Source of the DNA: an uncultured Candidatus Saccharibacteria bacterium | Lineage (GTDB): Bacteria > Patescibacteriota > Minisyncoccia > Phycocordibacterales > WO2-35-19 | Assembly: GCA_964630525.1 (NCBI GenBank) | Contig: CAZVUY010000001.1 | Span: forward strand, 44,883 to 108,882 | Direction of reading: 5' to 3' | Length of the DNA: 64,000 nt | Part shown: in pieces, positions 29,331 to 39,220 of the stretch | Position numbering within the stretch: position 1 is the stretch's first letter | Layout: every line of letters starts with the position of its first letter | Translations under genes and position numbers: made by a program | Notes under the pieces: generated by a model | Seen by the model: only the letters and a program-made list of their open reading frames with translations | What the model was told of the DNA's origin: nothing | Database searches by the model: none

Positions 29331-29412
29331 AATGAATGATCGTTAATACTGATAGTTGACTAAATTCTATAATACAACTAAAAACCGCGCACCCCTATCT
29401 TGGGGATATAAT

Positions 29413-29814
29413 TTAACTTTGAAAATCGATTTCGAAAGGATACATACCCATACTACAACCACCCTTCATCACCCCAGCTATCGGCGTACCAATATCAATA
29501 TCGGTCGACCCAGAAAAGTCGAGGCTCTGTCTGATTTTCTTCTCTGGGATACTGACTGAGGCTGAACAATCAAAAGTACCTTTGGAATCAAATCTTAGAG
29601 TAGTGGGAATACCGGCTTTGGCCACACTCCGTCTTGGCTGATAACCGGCTTTCGCCCGAATTTCGATGATTTGTCGGCCGTCCACCACCTTGACATTAGC
29701 GCCCGGTGCTATCGTTTCTCCCAAATTTTGCTCGACTTCACGATCTCTGGTTAGCCAGAAAGCGCCTCCAATGAGTAAAAGAGCGATCAGAATTGAAGTA
29801 GCGGTCTCTTTCAT
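29413..29814 (-). CDS. exported hypothetical protein
   Basis: N-terminal signal-anchor; two Cys; last gene of the csoR-copA operon. Confidence 0.5.
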   Translation of the reverse strand: MKETATSILIALLLIGGAFWLTRDREVEQNLGETIAPGANVKVVDGRQIIEIRAKAGYQPRRSVAKAGIPTTLRFDSKGTFDCSASVSIPEKKIRQSLDFSGSTDIDIGTPIAGVMKGGCSMGMYPFEIDFQS

Positions 29815-29827
29815 GGCTATATTTTAC

Positions 29828-30898
29828 TTAAAAACCAAATAAAGGCGAAATCACCCCTGCTGCCGCCAAACTATTGACCAAGTTGAATAGCGCAAAAAGA
29901 ATGACGATCAGACCAGCCGTTTTAAAGAAAATCCCTTTCTTTGAGCTATGGCGCACACTAAATGAACTAAAGCTGACCAAGGCTAGTATAGGCAACGTAC
30001 CAAGGGCAAAAACCAACATAGTGAGACCGCCAACCAAAAAACTACCAGTAGAAAGAGTGTAGATCTGCATTGATTGAGTAAAACCACAGGGCAAGAAAAA
30101 AGTGAGTGCTCCCACTAAAACTGGCGTCAAAACATGGTTGATCTTGGACAGACCAATAGTATGCCTAGATAAAAATTTTGGCATACTTGGTTGTAGTTTT
30201 TTAGTGAAGTGAAAAAGATCAAGCAGGTTGATACCCAACAAAAGCATCACCCCCACTATCAGTATGTTGAGAATAAGATTCGTGGTTTGACTGAGAGCAA
30301 ACACCGAGCCCAAAACCCCAATCAATCCACCAAGGACGAAAAAGAAAACGAGGCGACTCAAATGAAACAGGGTGATCGACTGGCTAGCGCTTCGCCATTT
30401 TTGCGAATTGGCCGCAAAAGAAGCCGACATTGACAAGACCAGACCACCAACTACAGCCATGCAAGTCGAGAGAGAAGCGATAACACCAATCAAAAAAATG
30501 GTCGGGTAATTAAGTTTGGTAACGTTGACCAAATTGACTAATCCGATTTTTTGTAAAAAGACGAAAAGGGCCACAAAAGCCAGAGCAAGTAGCGCCGCCA
30601 CCCTTAATTCTGACCAATTATATTTTGGTCTTTTCAATCCCGAATCTGCCAGTGGGAAAAGAGTGTAGCCATATTGTTCAATAAATTCGGTCAGCGCTTT
30701 AGCCGCCTCGCTCTCTGACATTTCACCAAAATAACCCGAGACTTCTAGCGTCTGATTTTTGAGACTTGCCTTGACCGCCGTTACATAAGGAACCGCTCTA
30801 ATTTCACTTTCAGTCAAAAGCTCGCAAGAATGGCAATGCATACCCTTTGCTTGAAAAGAAAATGTCTTCAAAAGATTCGTGTCTTGTTGTTTATCCAT
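29828..30898 (-). CDS. heavy-metal-associated (HMA) domain fused to DsbD/CcdA-like membrane domain
   Basis: GMHCHSCE metal-binding motif then a multi-TM domain. Confidence 0.65.
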   Translation of the reverse strand: MDKQQDTNLLKTFSFQAKGMHCHSCELLTESEIRAVPYVTAVKASLKNQTLEVSGYFGEMSESEAAKALTEFIEQYGYTLFPLADSGLKRPKYNWSELRVAALLALAFVALFVFLQKIGLVNLVNVTKLNYPTIFLIGVIASLSTCMAVVGGLVLSMSASFAANSQKWRSASQSITLFHLSRLVFFFVLGGLIGVLGSVFALSQTTNLILNILIVGVMLLLGINLLDLFHFTKKLQPSMPKFLSRHTIGLSKINHVLTPVLVGALTFFLPCGFTQSMQIYTLSTGSFLVGGLTMLVFALGTLPILALVSFSSFSVRHSSKKGIFFKTAGLIVILFALFNLVNSLAAAGVISPLFGF

Positions 30899-30902
30899 AA
30901 AT

Positions 30903-33230
30903 TTATAGTCGTTTTGCCTTTAATCGTAATGAGTTGCCGACCACCGAAACACTCGACATCGCCATAGCAAACCCGGCAAATATTGGCGAGAGTAGCCAAC
31001 CAAAAATAGGATAAAACAAGCCACCTGCGAGCGGAATACCGACAATGTTGTATACAAAAGCCCAGAAAAGATTTTGCTTGATACCTGTCATGGTAATTTT
31101 AGAAAGCCTAACTGCCTGAACAAGTTTCGAAATATCACCATGAAGCAATGTTATCCCTGAAGATTCGATAGCCACATCTGTACCAGTCGCCATAGCAATA
31201 CCAACATCAGCTTCAGCAAGTGCCGGTGCATCGTTTACACCATCACCAACCATAGCCACTATTTTACCGTTTGATTTTAGATCTTTTATTTTTACAAGTT
31301 TTCCTTCTGGTAAGACTTCCGCCACCACTTCATCAATACCCACTTCACGGGCAATATATTCTGCTGCGTTTTTGTCATCACCCGTAAGCATCACTGTCTT
31401 TATCTTCATTTTGTGAAGATTTTTGATCGCCTCTACTGCTTCAGGTTTTATTTTGTCACCAACAGCAACAAAACCTAAAACTTTTTCTTTGGTTGCTACA
31501 AAAACAGGTGTTCTTCCATTTCTGGTTTCTTTCTCCATCTTTGACAGTTCAAAATCAAGACCTAACTCTGTCATTAATTTAGCGTTACCGGCGTAGTATT
31601 CAACCCCGCCAATTTCCCCCTTTACACCTTTGCCTTTTATAGCTTCAAAGTTTTCAACTTCTTTTTTAATTTCGATACCATTGTTTTTGATATAAGACAC
31701 AATGGCGTGTGCAATTGGGTGTTCTGATTTTTGTTCAAGAGCAGCTAAAACTTGGAGAACTTGTTCTTCTCCCATACCAGAATAATCTTGGATTGAAGTT
31801 ATTTCAGGTCTACCAACAGTGATGGTGCCCGTTTTGTCCATCACTAAAGTATCGACTTTATGAAGTTTTTCTAGAGTAGCAGCATCTTTGACCAAGATAC
31901 CCTCTCTTGCCCCCTTGCCGACACCCACAATAATCGCCGTCGGAGTCGCCAGACCCAGAGCACAAGGGCAAGCAATAACAAGAATACTAACAAAAGAAAC
32001 TAGCCCCAATGAAAAGGCTTCTCTAAACCCCAAATAGCTACTACCAACAGCAAGCCACAGCCCGAGAGAGACGACGGCGAGCACCAACACCACCGGCACA
32101 AAGACTGCAGAAATTTTATCGGCCAAAGCTTGTATTGGGGCTTTGCTACCCTGCGCCTCTTCAACCATTTTTATTATTCTAGAAAGCATTGTTTCCGACC
32201 CAACTTTGGTCGCTCGAAAAACAAAAGAACCAGTTGTATTGATGGTGCCACCAGTTACGATATCACCACTTTTTTTCTCGACTGGCATCGGCTCCCCACT
32301 AATCATAGACTCATCAACATATGACAAACCTTCTACCACCACCCCATCTACTGGTATAGAGCTTCCGGGACGAACAATGATCAGATCGTTATGAGCAACT
32401 TCATGTATCGATATCTCTTCTTCTTTTCCGTTGCGTTTTACAAGAGCTGTTTTGGCTTGGAGATTGAGAAGTTTCTCAATGGCATCGCCAGTTTTAAGTT
32501 TAGATTTTGCCTCAAGATATTTACCAAGAGTAATGAAGGCGATGACTACGATGGTCACTTCATAATAATTTTGCTTGGTGTTAATAAGAGACGAAAGACT
32601 CAGCTCAAAAGCTGAGACAGTAAAACTATATAAAAACGCCACCAAAGTACCGATACCGATCAATGTATCCATGTTGGCCTTGCCATAACGCAAGAAACGA
32701 TAGACACCCATCAGATAAGGTTGGCCAGCCACAAAAAGAGCGTAGGTAGCAAAAACCGGCATCAAATGATGAAAGAAATCCATCCAAATTTCCGGTATTT
32801 CTACAAAAAAACCAAGTTTAACACCAAATTCCCAAATCATTACCAAGATACTAATGAACGCGATCGGGATAAGCGCTGTCACCTTACTTTTGAGATCGGA
32901 GATTTCAGAAAGTTTCTCTTTTTTTGATTGGTTGAGACCAAGATGGGCTGCATGTTCTTCTTCGGACATACCCATTTCCTTGGCACCATGCATAAATTCA
33001 GCGCTAGAAATATCTTGGCTTTGGATAAACGTATAACCTAAGGGTTCAATTTTTGAAGAAAGCTTATTTATATTGGTTTTTGAAGTATCAAAATCAAGTT
33101 TGGCAGCTTCAGTACCATAATTCACTTCTGCAAAGTTTACCCCCTCTTCTTTTTTCAAAGTCTTCTCAATGATGGCGGCACAAGAAGCGCAATGCATCCC
33201 TTTTATTCTATAAGTCTTCGTGTTTTTCAT
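30903..33230 (-). CDS. copA: copper-translocating P-type ATPase
   Basis: GMHCASC HMA; [10 protein letters not shown]; DKTGTIT; GDGVNDAP. Confidence 0.92.
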   Translation of the reverse strand: MKNTKTYRIKGMHCASCAAIIEKTLKKEEGVNFAEVNYGTEAAKLDFDTSKTNINKLSSKIEPLGYTFIQSQDISSAEFMHGAKEMGMSEEEHAAHLGLNQSKKEKLSEISDLKSKVTALIPIAFISILVMIWEFGVKLGFFVEIPEIWMDFFHHLMPVFATYALFVAGQPYLMGVYRFLRYGKANMDTLIGIGTLVAFLYSFTVSAFELSLSSLINTKQNYYEVTIVVIAFITLGKYLEAKSKLKTGDAIEKLLNLQAKTALVKRNGKEEEISIHEVAHNDLIIVRPGSSIPVDGVVVEGLSYVDESMISGEPMPVEKKSGDIVTGGTINTTGSFVFRATKVGSETMLSRIIKMVEEAQGSKAPIQALADKISAVFVPVVLVLAVVSLGLWLAVGSSYLGFREAFSLGLVSFVSILVIACPCALGLATPTAIIVGVGKGAREGILVKDAATLEKLHKVDTLVMDKTGTITVGRPEITSIQDYSGMGEEQVLQVLAALEQKSEHPIAHAIVSYIKNNGIEIKKEVENFEAIKGKGVKGEIGGVEYYAGNAKLMTELGLDFELSKMEKETRNGRTPVFVATKEKVLGFVAVGDKIKPEAVEAIKNLHKMKIKTVMLTGDDKNAAEYIAREVGIDEVVAEVLPEGKLVKIKDLKSNGKIVAMVGDGVNDAPALAEADVGIAMATGTDVAIESSGITLLHGDISKLVQAVRLSKITMTGIKQNLFWAFVYNIVGIPLAGGLFYPIFGWLLSPIFAGFAMAMSSVSVVGNSLRLKAKRL

Positions 33231-33234
33231 ATTG

Positions 33235-33540
33235 TTAGCTTATCTTTTTAAGACGGTAAACTTCTAAAATTTCTTTGGTCGCCTTGCCACCTTCGCCTTT
33301 TTTGATTTGAGGCACCAAGCAAGAGCTCAGATGGTTTTCCATAATAACGTCTTCAATACTAGAAAGAGCTCTTTTGACAGCGGAAGTCTGGGTAATAATA
33401 TCAATACAATAAACACCCTTCTCCACCATTTCTTGTAGCCCTCGAAGCTGCCCCTCAACAATCTTGAGTCGGCGCACAATCCTTGATTTTGGTGTGATCA
33501 TGCCTGTATGGTATACCCCCTGGGGGTATTTGTCAAACAA
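33235..33540 (-). CDS. csoR: CsoR/RcnR-family metal-sensing repressor
   Basis: YCIDIITQ...H..C pattern. Confidence 0.8.
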   Translation of the reverse strand: MFDKYPQGVYHTGMITPKSRIVRRLKIVEGQLRGLQEMVEKGVYCIDIITQTSAVKRALSSIEDVIMENHLSSCLVPQIKKGEGGKATKEILEVYRLKKIS

Positions 33541-33579
33541 AAAAATAAAGAAGTGGGGATAGTAAAACTATTTATAAAT

Positions 33580-33689
33580 TACCCAAAATAGCTTCTTTCG
33601 CTTTGCACGGATATTTTTCTGCTGAAAAATTCCTGCGTAGCAGGCTTCAGTCAAGCCTCGCAAGGCACGCTCAAGAACTATTTTGGGTA
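33580..33689. mobile_element. ~110-bp MITE-like element with 12-bp terminal inverted repeats (TACCCAAAATAG)
   Basis: TIRs at 33580-33591 and 33678-33689; interior shares ~75% identity with the element at 57704-57804. Confidence 0.55.
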
Positions 33690-34136
33690 AGTCGTATTAT
33701 TTTTAAACGGAGTGAGGTGAGCGGCGACGCCGATCGCGGCAGCGACAATGAGCACATTTTTGATGATGTACTGACCCTCGAGAGTTGGGACCATGACCCC
33801 TGTCCAAGTCTCGCCCGGCAAAAGCACCAAGGGGCCCAACGTGGTGATCAGGTGAACCAAAAGAAGTGGGATCACTACCCTCTCCGCTCCCCTGATCAGG
33901 AACAAAATACCAATCAAACATTCATACAAACCAAAAAGGACGATGAAGGTCGAAAATTCCATGATCGGCATCGTCTCGTTGAAAAGGTTTTGGACCACTT
34001 GGCTCGCTGGACTCAAACCAATCACTTTGAGCGCCCCAAACCAAAAGAAGACAACAAAAAGCGCCAATCTAGATACCGGTATCGATATCTTCCGACAAAA
34101 ATTTATGATCTTGAGGTCAATCTCCGAAATTTCCAT
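33678..34136 (-). CDS. DoxX/DUF417-like membrane protein
   Basis: 4 TM segments; start taken at MEISEID. Confidence 0.5.
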   Translation of the reverse strand: MEISEIDLKIINFCRKISIPVSRLALFVVFFWFGALKVIGLSPASQVVQNLFNETMPIMEFSTFIVLFGLYECLIGILFLIRGAERVVIPLLLVHLITTLGPLVLLPGETWTGVMVPTLEGQYIIKNVLIVAAAIGVAAHLTPFKNNTTYPK

Positions 34137-34232
34137 GGTTTTATTATAACCTAAAAATAAAGCGTGAACATCGTGGGTGCACCCATGCGGGCACACTCCA
34201 AAAATATAGTCGACTTCGTCTCGTTATTATTG

Positions 34233-34305
34233 GGTGGCTACCCGGTGTCGATCCGGGACTTAGAGTTCCACAAACTCCCGTGCAGGCCGCTACACTATAG
34301 CCACC
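34233..34305 (-). tRNA. tRNA-His (GTG)
   Basis: G-1 extra 5' base, acceptor GTGGCTA/TAGCCAC, C73 discriminator, anticodon loop TTGTGGA, T-arm CCCGGATCGACACCGGG. Confidence 0.8.
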
Positions 34306-34396
34306 ATCATTCAAAAGCTTAGAGCCAGTAATTTAAAAGTTTATAGCTTTAAGCAAAACACATTCTTACACAAAAATTAGACTTTTTCCAGTTTAA

Positions 34397-34466
34397 CCAG
34401 CAAATAGTTACTCAGCCTCGTTAGGTCATAAGGGTTTAGGCTCTCGGCTCGAGTACTATTTGCTGG
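34397..34466. repeat. 16-17-bp inverted repeat (CCAGCAAATAGTTACTC / GAGTACTATTTGCTGG) enclosing a 37-nt loop
   Basis: seen directly in sequence. Confidence 0.6.
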
Positions 34467-34469
34467 TTT

Positions 34470-34515
34470 TCCCTCCCCTGCTAATGGAAGGGCCTCACGA
34501 AGTGGAGGGTGGGGT
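34470..34515. repeat. GC-rich palindromic miniature repeat (family 2)
   Basis: CCCTCCCC...GGAGGGTGGGGTT; related to copies at 14540, 25463, 35548. Confidence 0.6.
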
Positions 34516-35162
34516 TATCTATAATCCGGCGCTTCTTCAGAAATACCGGAGGCATGAGTAACATAGCGAGCCAAAGCGTAGAGTATGCTAGAAAGGCGAT
34601 TCATGTAAGCGCGGGTATGGCTGCCGATAAGGTGACGACTGTTACCACTTTCCTCTTTTTGAGACGGGAAATCCCTTTCAAACAAAGTCTGGTTCATCTG
34701 CTCCTCGGCTACCTGGACCACTCTCCTCTCCGCCCGCCTCGCGATCGTCCGAGCAACGTCAAAGATAGAAGCGAGCCCGGCGCCAGCCAATTGATCTTGA
34801 TCAAGATAAGGTGAGCCACCCGAAATGAAGAAGGTTTTGATCGGGGGTAGCGACCTCTCGATCGTACCGATGATCTCTTCCACTTCTTTCACTTTCCTCT
34901 CCTCAATAGTTTTCTCCGCACCAGCCAGTTCGGCTTGGATGATAAAAAGATTTTTTTGAATATCATGCACTATTTCTGCTATCTTCTCTTGGCCAAGCTT
35001 CAAGCCCAAATAGGCCGACTGCACTTTGCAAAGTCCTAAAAATGAGTTTATTTCGTCCAAACTACCCAGAGCTTCAGCGATCGCCGAACTTTTTGAAATC
35101 CTCTGGTCGCAGCCAAATGTCTTGGTTGTGCCATTGTCCCCTTTGCCGGTAAATAGTGCCAT
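34515..35162 (-). CDS. ATP:cob(I)alamin adenosyltransferase (PduO/MMAB type)
   Basis: N-terminal FTGKGDNGTT motif; ~190-aa helical bundle. Confidence 0.75.
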   Translation of the reverse strand: MALFTGKGDNGTTKTFGCDQRISKSSAIAEALGSLDEINSFLGLCKVQSAYLGLKLGQEKIAEIVHDIQKNLFIIQAELAGAEKTIEERKVKEVEEIIGTIERSLPPIKTFFISGGSPYLDQDQLAGAGLASIFDVARTIARRAERRVVQVAEEQMNQTLFERDFPSQKEESGNSRHLIGSHTRAYMNRLSSILYALARYVTHASGISEEAPDYR

Positions 35163-35233
35163 AGTTTTTAAAGCTAGCCCCTAATGCCGCCAATATAGCA
35201 CGTCTGGCTTTTTATTCCATAACTAATGTTGTG

Positions 35234-35401
35234 TGCCCAGAAGAGGAGTCTCGGTCATTACATGACCAGTACACCTTTCGTATCTCCTTATCCTTCGCGC
35301 TGCTCAGGAGTGGAGATTTACTCAAGGTTTTCTCGTCCTCTCACGCAAGCAAAGCAGTTTGCTTGCTCTGGGCACCAAAAAACTGCCATTCCGCAGTTTT
35401 T
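35234..35401 (-). other. tRNA-Leu-adjacent element A: conserved 9-bp hairpin GCAAGCAAA-CTGC-TTTGCTTGC, spacer, then ~18-nt duplicate of the tRNA-Leu 3' end
   Basis: direct comparison with elements at 52560-52680 and 53738-53891. Confidence 0.65.
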
Positions 35402-35486
35402 TGGTGCCCAGGAGAGGACTCGAACCTCCACGCCTTGCGGCTTACCCACCTCAAGGGTAAATGTCTACCAATTTCAACACCTGGGC
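35402..35486 (-). tRNA. tRNA-Leu (GAG)
   Basis: GCCCAGG acceptor, long variable arm, anticodon loop TTGAGGT, GGTTCGAGTCC T-arm, CCA encoded. Confidence 0.85.
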
Positions 35487-35547
35487 ATTACAGGATAAGT
35501 ATATTCAAATTCGAACTTTTTACAATCAAAAACTTTTTGGTTTTAGT

Positions 35548-35582
35548 TCCCCTCCCCCTTGGGGAGGGGTTAGGGGTGGGGC
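35548..35582. repeat. GC-rich palindromic miniature repeat (family 2)
   Basis: CCCCTCCCCCTTGGGGAGGGGTTAGGGGTGGGGC. Confidence 0.6.
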
Positions 35583-35585
35583 TTT

Positions 35586-36071
35586 TTAGACTTCTGTTTT
35601 TTCAGCTTCTTTTTCTGGATTTTCAACAATAGTTTCTTCCACCTCCTTTGGCTCGACGGAGTCTTCTATGTAGTCGGCTGGTACTTCCCTTACATTTCTC
35701 ATTTGGCGACGGATTTCTTTGGCGGCCTTTTTGCGGATATGGTAGAGCTTGGCTCGACGGACTTTGGAGCGCTTAGTCACCTCGATTTTTTCAATCATTG
35801 GAGAATAGATAGGGAAAATTCTTTCTACTCCGACTCCACTCGCCACTTTGCGGATAGTGAAAGTGCCCCCAGCCTGCTTGCCATGCTTAACAGAAAGGCA
35901 AAGACCTTCAAAAGCTTGAAGACGGGTTTTAGGCTTGCCAGTTTTTTTGTCCTTCTCTACGATTTTCTGAGTAACTTTAATAGTATCCCCGGATCGTATA
36001 TCGAGAGCTTGTCTTTCTTTTATGTTTACTGGTGAAATTTTTATGGTATTCATGTGATTTTGCGAAATCAT
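35586..36071 (-). CDS. rplS: 50S ribosomal protein L19
   Basis: RSGDTIKV...KTRLQAFEGLCLSV...FTIRKVASGVGVERIFPIYSPMIEKIEV bL19. Confidence 0.88.
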   Translation of the reverse strand: MISQNHMNTIKISPVNIKERQALDIRSGDTIKVTQKIVEKDKKTGKPKTRLQAFEGLCLSVKHGKQAGGTFTIRKVASGVGVERIFPIYSPMIEKIEVTKRSKVRRAKLYHIRKKAAKEIRRQMRNVREVPADYIEDSVEPKEVEETIVENPEKEAEKTEV

Positions 36072-36110
36072 TTCGACCCAACGTCCATTAGAGGCCGAAA
36101 ATTTACTTTA

Positions 36111-36959
36111 TTATCTTTGTTTTCCTACCTTTCTTCTAGAAACAATAAATTTATTAGAATATTTCTTAGAGCGGCGTGATTTTTGGCCTTTGCCGGTTGG
36201 TTTGCCCCAAAGAGAAATAGCTCGGCGGCGACCTCTGCCTTGCCTACCCTCACCTCCTCCGTGTGGGTGATCAACTGGGTTCATAGCAGTACCTCGCACG
36301 GTCGGTCTAATACCTTTCCATCTAGAACGGCCCGCTTTACCAAAGTTTTCCAACCTCTTCTCTTCATTCGACACTTCACCGATGCTAGCAAAACAGGTCT
36401 CTCTCACCTTCCTAACTTCAGAAGAAGGCATCTTGAGGTCAACATAACCGGCATCCTTGGCGATCACCTGGACAAAATTGCCCGCCGATCGGCCGATCTT
36501 GCTACCACCGTTTGGTTTTAGTTCTACATTGTAAACAAAAGTGCCGACTGGTATCTCCTTGAGAGGCAGACGGTTACCTTGTTTTATTTCAGCTTTGAGG
36601 TCAGTGACGAATTTATCGCCAACCTTGATATTTCTTGGCATCAAGACGTATCTCTTTTCACCATCACGATAGACAGCGAGCCCGATGAGTCCAGTGCGGT
36701 TTGGATCATATTCCACTGAAACTATTTTATAAGGCACCCCAATTTTGTCGTATCTAAAGTCAACATCTCGGAAAAGTCTCTTGTGGCCACCCCCTTTGTG
36801 TCTCACTGTGATCCGGCCAGCGTTGTTGCGACCAACCGATCGCTTCTTGCCAAAAGTAAGTGCTTTGAGTGGACCATCTTTGCTTAAGATGTCTTTGTAA
36901 TTTACCACCGTCATGTGTCGGCGGGATTTAGTGGTTGGTTTGTAAGTCTTGATGCTCAT
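36111..36959 (-). CDS. rplB: 50S ribosomal protein L2
   Basis: 282 aa; GRNNAGRITVRHKGGGHKR... uL2. Confidence 0.93.
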   Translation of the reverse strand: MSIKTYKPTTKSRRHMTVVNYKDILSKDGPLKALTFGKKRSVGRNNAGRITVRHKGGGHKRLFRDVDFRYDKIGVPYKIVSVEYDPNRTGLIGLAVYRDGEKRYVLMPRNIKVGDKFVTDLKAEIKQGNRLPLKEIPVGTFVYNVELKPNGGSKIGRSAGNFVQVIAKDAGYVDLKMPSSEVRKVRETCFASIGEVSNEEKRLENFGKAGRSRWKGIRPTVRGTAMNPVDHPHGGGEGRQGRGRRRAISLWGKPTGKGQKSRRSKKYSNKFIVSRRKVGKQR

Positions 36960-36999
36960 ATCTTTGATTTAAGATGAAAGATTTAAATTTAAAATCCAC

Positions 37000-37287
37000 T
37001 TATTCGATCTTGTCACCTTTTTTTAAATAAACATAGGCTTTCTTCACTCCAGATTTCGTACCCTTTTTACCTCTCACAAACACGGCCTTGGCTGGATTGC
37101 GGACGATATTGATCTTGATCGGAGTCACCTTATAAAAAGCCTTGACTGCTTCATTGACTTCTTTTTTGTTGGCCTTATCAGAAATCTCAAAAGCGTAGAC
37201 CCCTTTCTCGACAGCGGTGTTGGCTTTCTCGGTGATTCTCGGTCGGAGGAGAACGTTTGCGTATTTTGCTTTTAGATCAGTAGCCAT
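37000..37287 (-). CDS. rplW: 50S ribosomal protein L23
   Basis: 95 aa; LLRPRITEKA...FEISDKANKKEV uL23. Confidence 0.88.
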   Translation of the reverse strand: MATDLKAKYANVLLRPRITEKANTAVEKGVYAFEISDKANKKEVNEAVKAFYKVTPIKINIVRNPAKAVFVRGKKGTKSGVKKAYVYLKKGDKIE

Positions 37288-37326
37288 TTTAGTGAATTTA
37301 AGATTGAAAAAGTAAAGATTAAAAGA

Positions 37327-37995
37327 TTATTTTAAACGGGCAGCAAGAGTGGCAATCGCCTTTTCCGGCTCGGTGACAACGCAATATCGATACCTAAGCA
37401 AATCAACCGCATTTAAATCCTTTACTTCACCAATTTCCAGGTTGCCAAAATTCCTGAAACTTTTGGAAAGGTTATCATTTTTACCAACGGTAGTAATAAA
37501 GGCAGCATTCTTTTTCCTGTTTATGTTGGCTTTGTTGTCAATCTTGGCAATTGAACTCAGAATTTCTTTTGCTTCTTTTGTTTTTGGGGCTTTCAAGGAA
37601 ATCTCATTGAGAAAGAGCACCTCTCCATCTTTAAACTTTTTCGAAAGTACCACAAAAAGAGCCTTGGTTTTCATTTTTTTATTGATTTTCACCGAGTAGT
37701 CACGCTCGTTGCGTGGACCATGAGCAATACCGCCACCAACCCAGATCGGACTACGACGAGAACCGTGCCTAGCTCGACCAGTACCTTTTTGTTTCCAAGG
37801 CTTGATACCAGTACCAGAGACTTCCCCTCGGGTCTTGGTGTGAGCGATTGGTGTTCGCTCATTGTTCAACATAGACTTCACCACCTGATCAACCAACTTT
37901 TCAGCCTTAGTATCCCAAGACAAGCCAAAAACATTCTCTGGTAGAGAGATCTTCCCTGTTTCCTTGCCTGTTTGGTTGTAAATTTTTGCTTCCAT
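37327..37995 (-). CDS. rplD: 50S ribosomal protein L4
   Basis: 222 aa; [25 protein letters not shown] uL4. Confidence 0.9.
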   Translation of the reverse strand: MEAKIYNQTGKETGKISLPENVFGLSWDTKAEKLVDQVVKSMLNNERTPIAHTKTRGEVSGTGIKPWKQKGTGRARHGSRRSPIWVGGGIAHGPRNERDYSVKINKKMKTKALFVVLSKKFKDGEVLFLNEISLKAPKTKEAKEILSSIAKIDNKANINRKKNAAFITTVGKNDNLSKSFRNFGNLEIGEVKDLNAVDLLRYRYCVVTEPEKAIATLAARLK

Positions 37996-38033
37996 TTTGG
38001 ATTGAAAGGTTGAAAATTTTAAATTGAAATATC

Positions 38034-38648
38034 CTAATTGCCTTTAATTTCTACCAAAGTGCCTCGCCTACCCGGTATTGCTCCAGCGACAAGCATTGTA
38101 TTAGTTGAAGAGTCGATCTGCAACACTTCCAGATTTTTGACTGTCACCCTCTCTCCGCCGGTTCGGCCAGCCATCCTTTTACCCTTGGCCACTCGGCCCC
38201 CATCACGACCGCCACCGCCGATCGAACCTGGCTCCCTTTCAGAATGTTTCTGACCATGCGAGCGTGGACCACCATGAAAACCGTGCCTTTTGACCACCCC
38301 TTGGAAACCTTTGGCCTTGGAAATAGCGGAAACTGTCACCTTATCGCCAACACCGAAGATTTCGGCTGATATTTTGTCACCCAAATTTACATTGACCTGG
38401 TCTGGTCTATATTCTCGCAAAACAGCGAAATGACCTCGATCTTTTAGGTGACCCTTCAGAGATTTGGATAGTCGCTGTTCTTTAGTAGCAAAAGAGGCTA
38501 CCTGGACAGCTTCATAACCATCCTTTTCCTTGGTTTTTAGTTGGGTTACCACTGCTGGCTCTACATTCAAAATAGTAGCTGGCTTGACTACACCATCTTC
38601 CCCAAAAACCTGGGTCATATTCACTTTTTTGGCCAAAATAAACTTCAT
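38034..38648 (-). CDS. rplC: 50S ribosomal protein L3
   Basis: 204 aa; KGFQGVVKRHGFHGG uL3. Confidence 0.92.
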   Translation of the reverse strand: MKFILAKKVNMTQVFGEDGVVKPATILNVEPAVVTQLKTKEKDGYEAVQVASFATKEQRLSKSLKGHLKDRGHFAVLREYRPDQVNVNLGDKISAEIFGVGDKVTVSAISKAKGFQGVVKRHGFHGGPRSHGQKHSEREPGSIGGGGRDGGRVAKGKRMAGRTGGERVTVKNLEVLQIDSSTNTMLVAGAIPGRRGTLVEIKGN

Positions 38649-38737
38649 ATAAAAATGCCCGAGATACGATACAGGGCTTTAATAAGCTAACAAATATAGA
38701 ATTAAAATGCAAGCTCACCTCAATGTAACACAAAAAC

Positions 38738-38805
38738 TAAAAACAAAAATTCCGATCTGCGTGGGAACCCTTTAGGGAGGAGCAGTCGGAATTTTTGTTT
38801 TTAGT
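38738..38805 (-). terminator. perfect 19-bp hairpin (CTAAAAACAAAAATTCCGA / TCGGAATTTTTGTTTTTAG, 30-nt loop) immediately after rpsJ, followed by a T-run
   Basis: seen in sequence; located between the S10 stop and the L3 start. Confidence 0.5.
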
Positions 38806-38820
38806 TTTTGTATTTGAGCC

Positions 38821-39189
38821 CTATACGATCTTAACCTCAATATTCACCCCAGAAGGCAAAGAAAGGTTGGTCAGAGCATCCATGATCTTTGGAGAAGGGT
38901 TTACGATATCGATCATTCGGCGATGAACCCGCATCTCAAACTGCTCTCGAGCATTCTTGTAGACAAAGGGTGCGCGGTTCACTGTGTATTTCTTGATCTC
39001 AGTCGGCAGAGGCACTGGCCCGACGACTTTGGCATCATAACGCAGCGCGGTATCAATGATCTGCTTGATCGAAAGATCAAGGATCTTGTACTCATAAGCC
39101 ATCACTCGGATACGCAATTTCGAAACATGCTCATCCTTTTTTTGATGTTTTTTGCCGCTGTTTTTTTCTTTTGTTAACGTACTCGACAT
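38821..39189 (-). CDS. rpsJ: 30S ribosomal protein S10
   Basis: RIRVMAYEYKILDLSIKQIIDTALRYDAKVVGPVPLPT uS10; ORF extends upstream into the tuf 3' end, start uncertain. Confidence 0.88.
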   Translation of the reverse strand: MSSTLTKEKNSGKKHQKKDEHVSKLRIRVMAYEYKILDLSIKQIIDTALRYDAKVVGPVPLPTEIKKYTVNRAPFVYKNAREQFEMRVHRRMIDIVNPSPKIMDALTNLSLPSGVNIEVKIV

Positions 39190-39220
39190 AATTTTAACCC
39201 TCTTTGGCGTGATCGGTAGT

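Noticed and set aside
33603-34154. 183-aa plus-strand ORF
   Set aside because: Overlaps the MITE-like element and is antisense to the DoxX-like gene; His/Arg-rich nonsense composition
35226-35632. 90/133-aa plus-strand ORFs
   Set aside because: They span tRNA-Leu, its adjacent element and a GC-rich repeat
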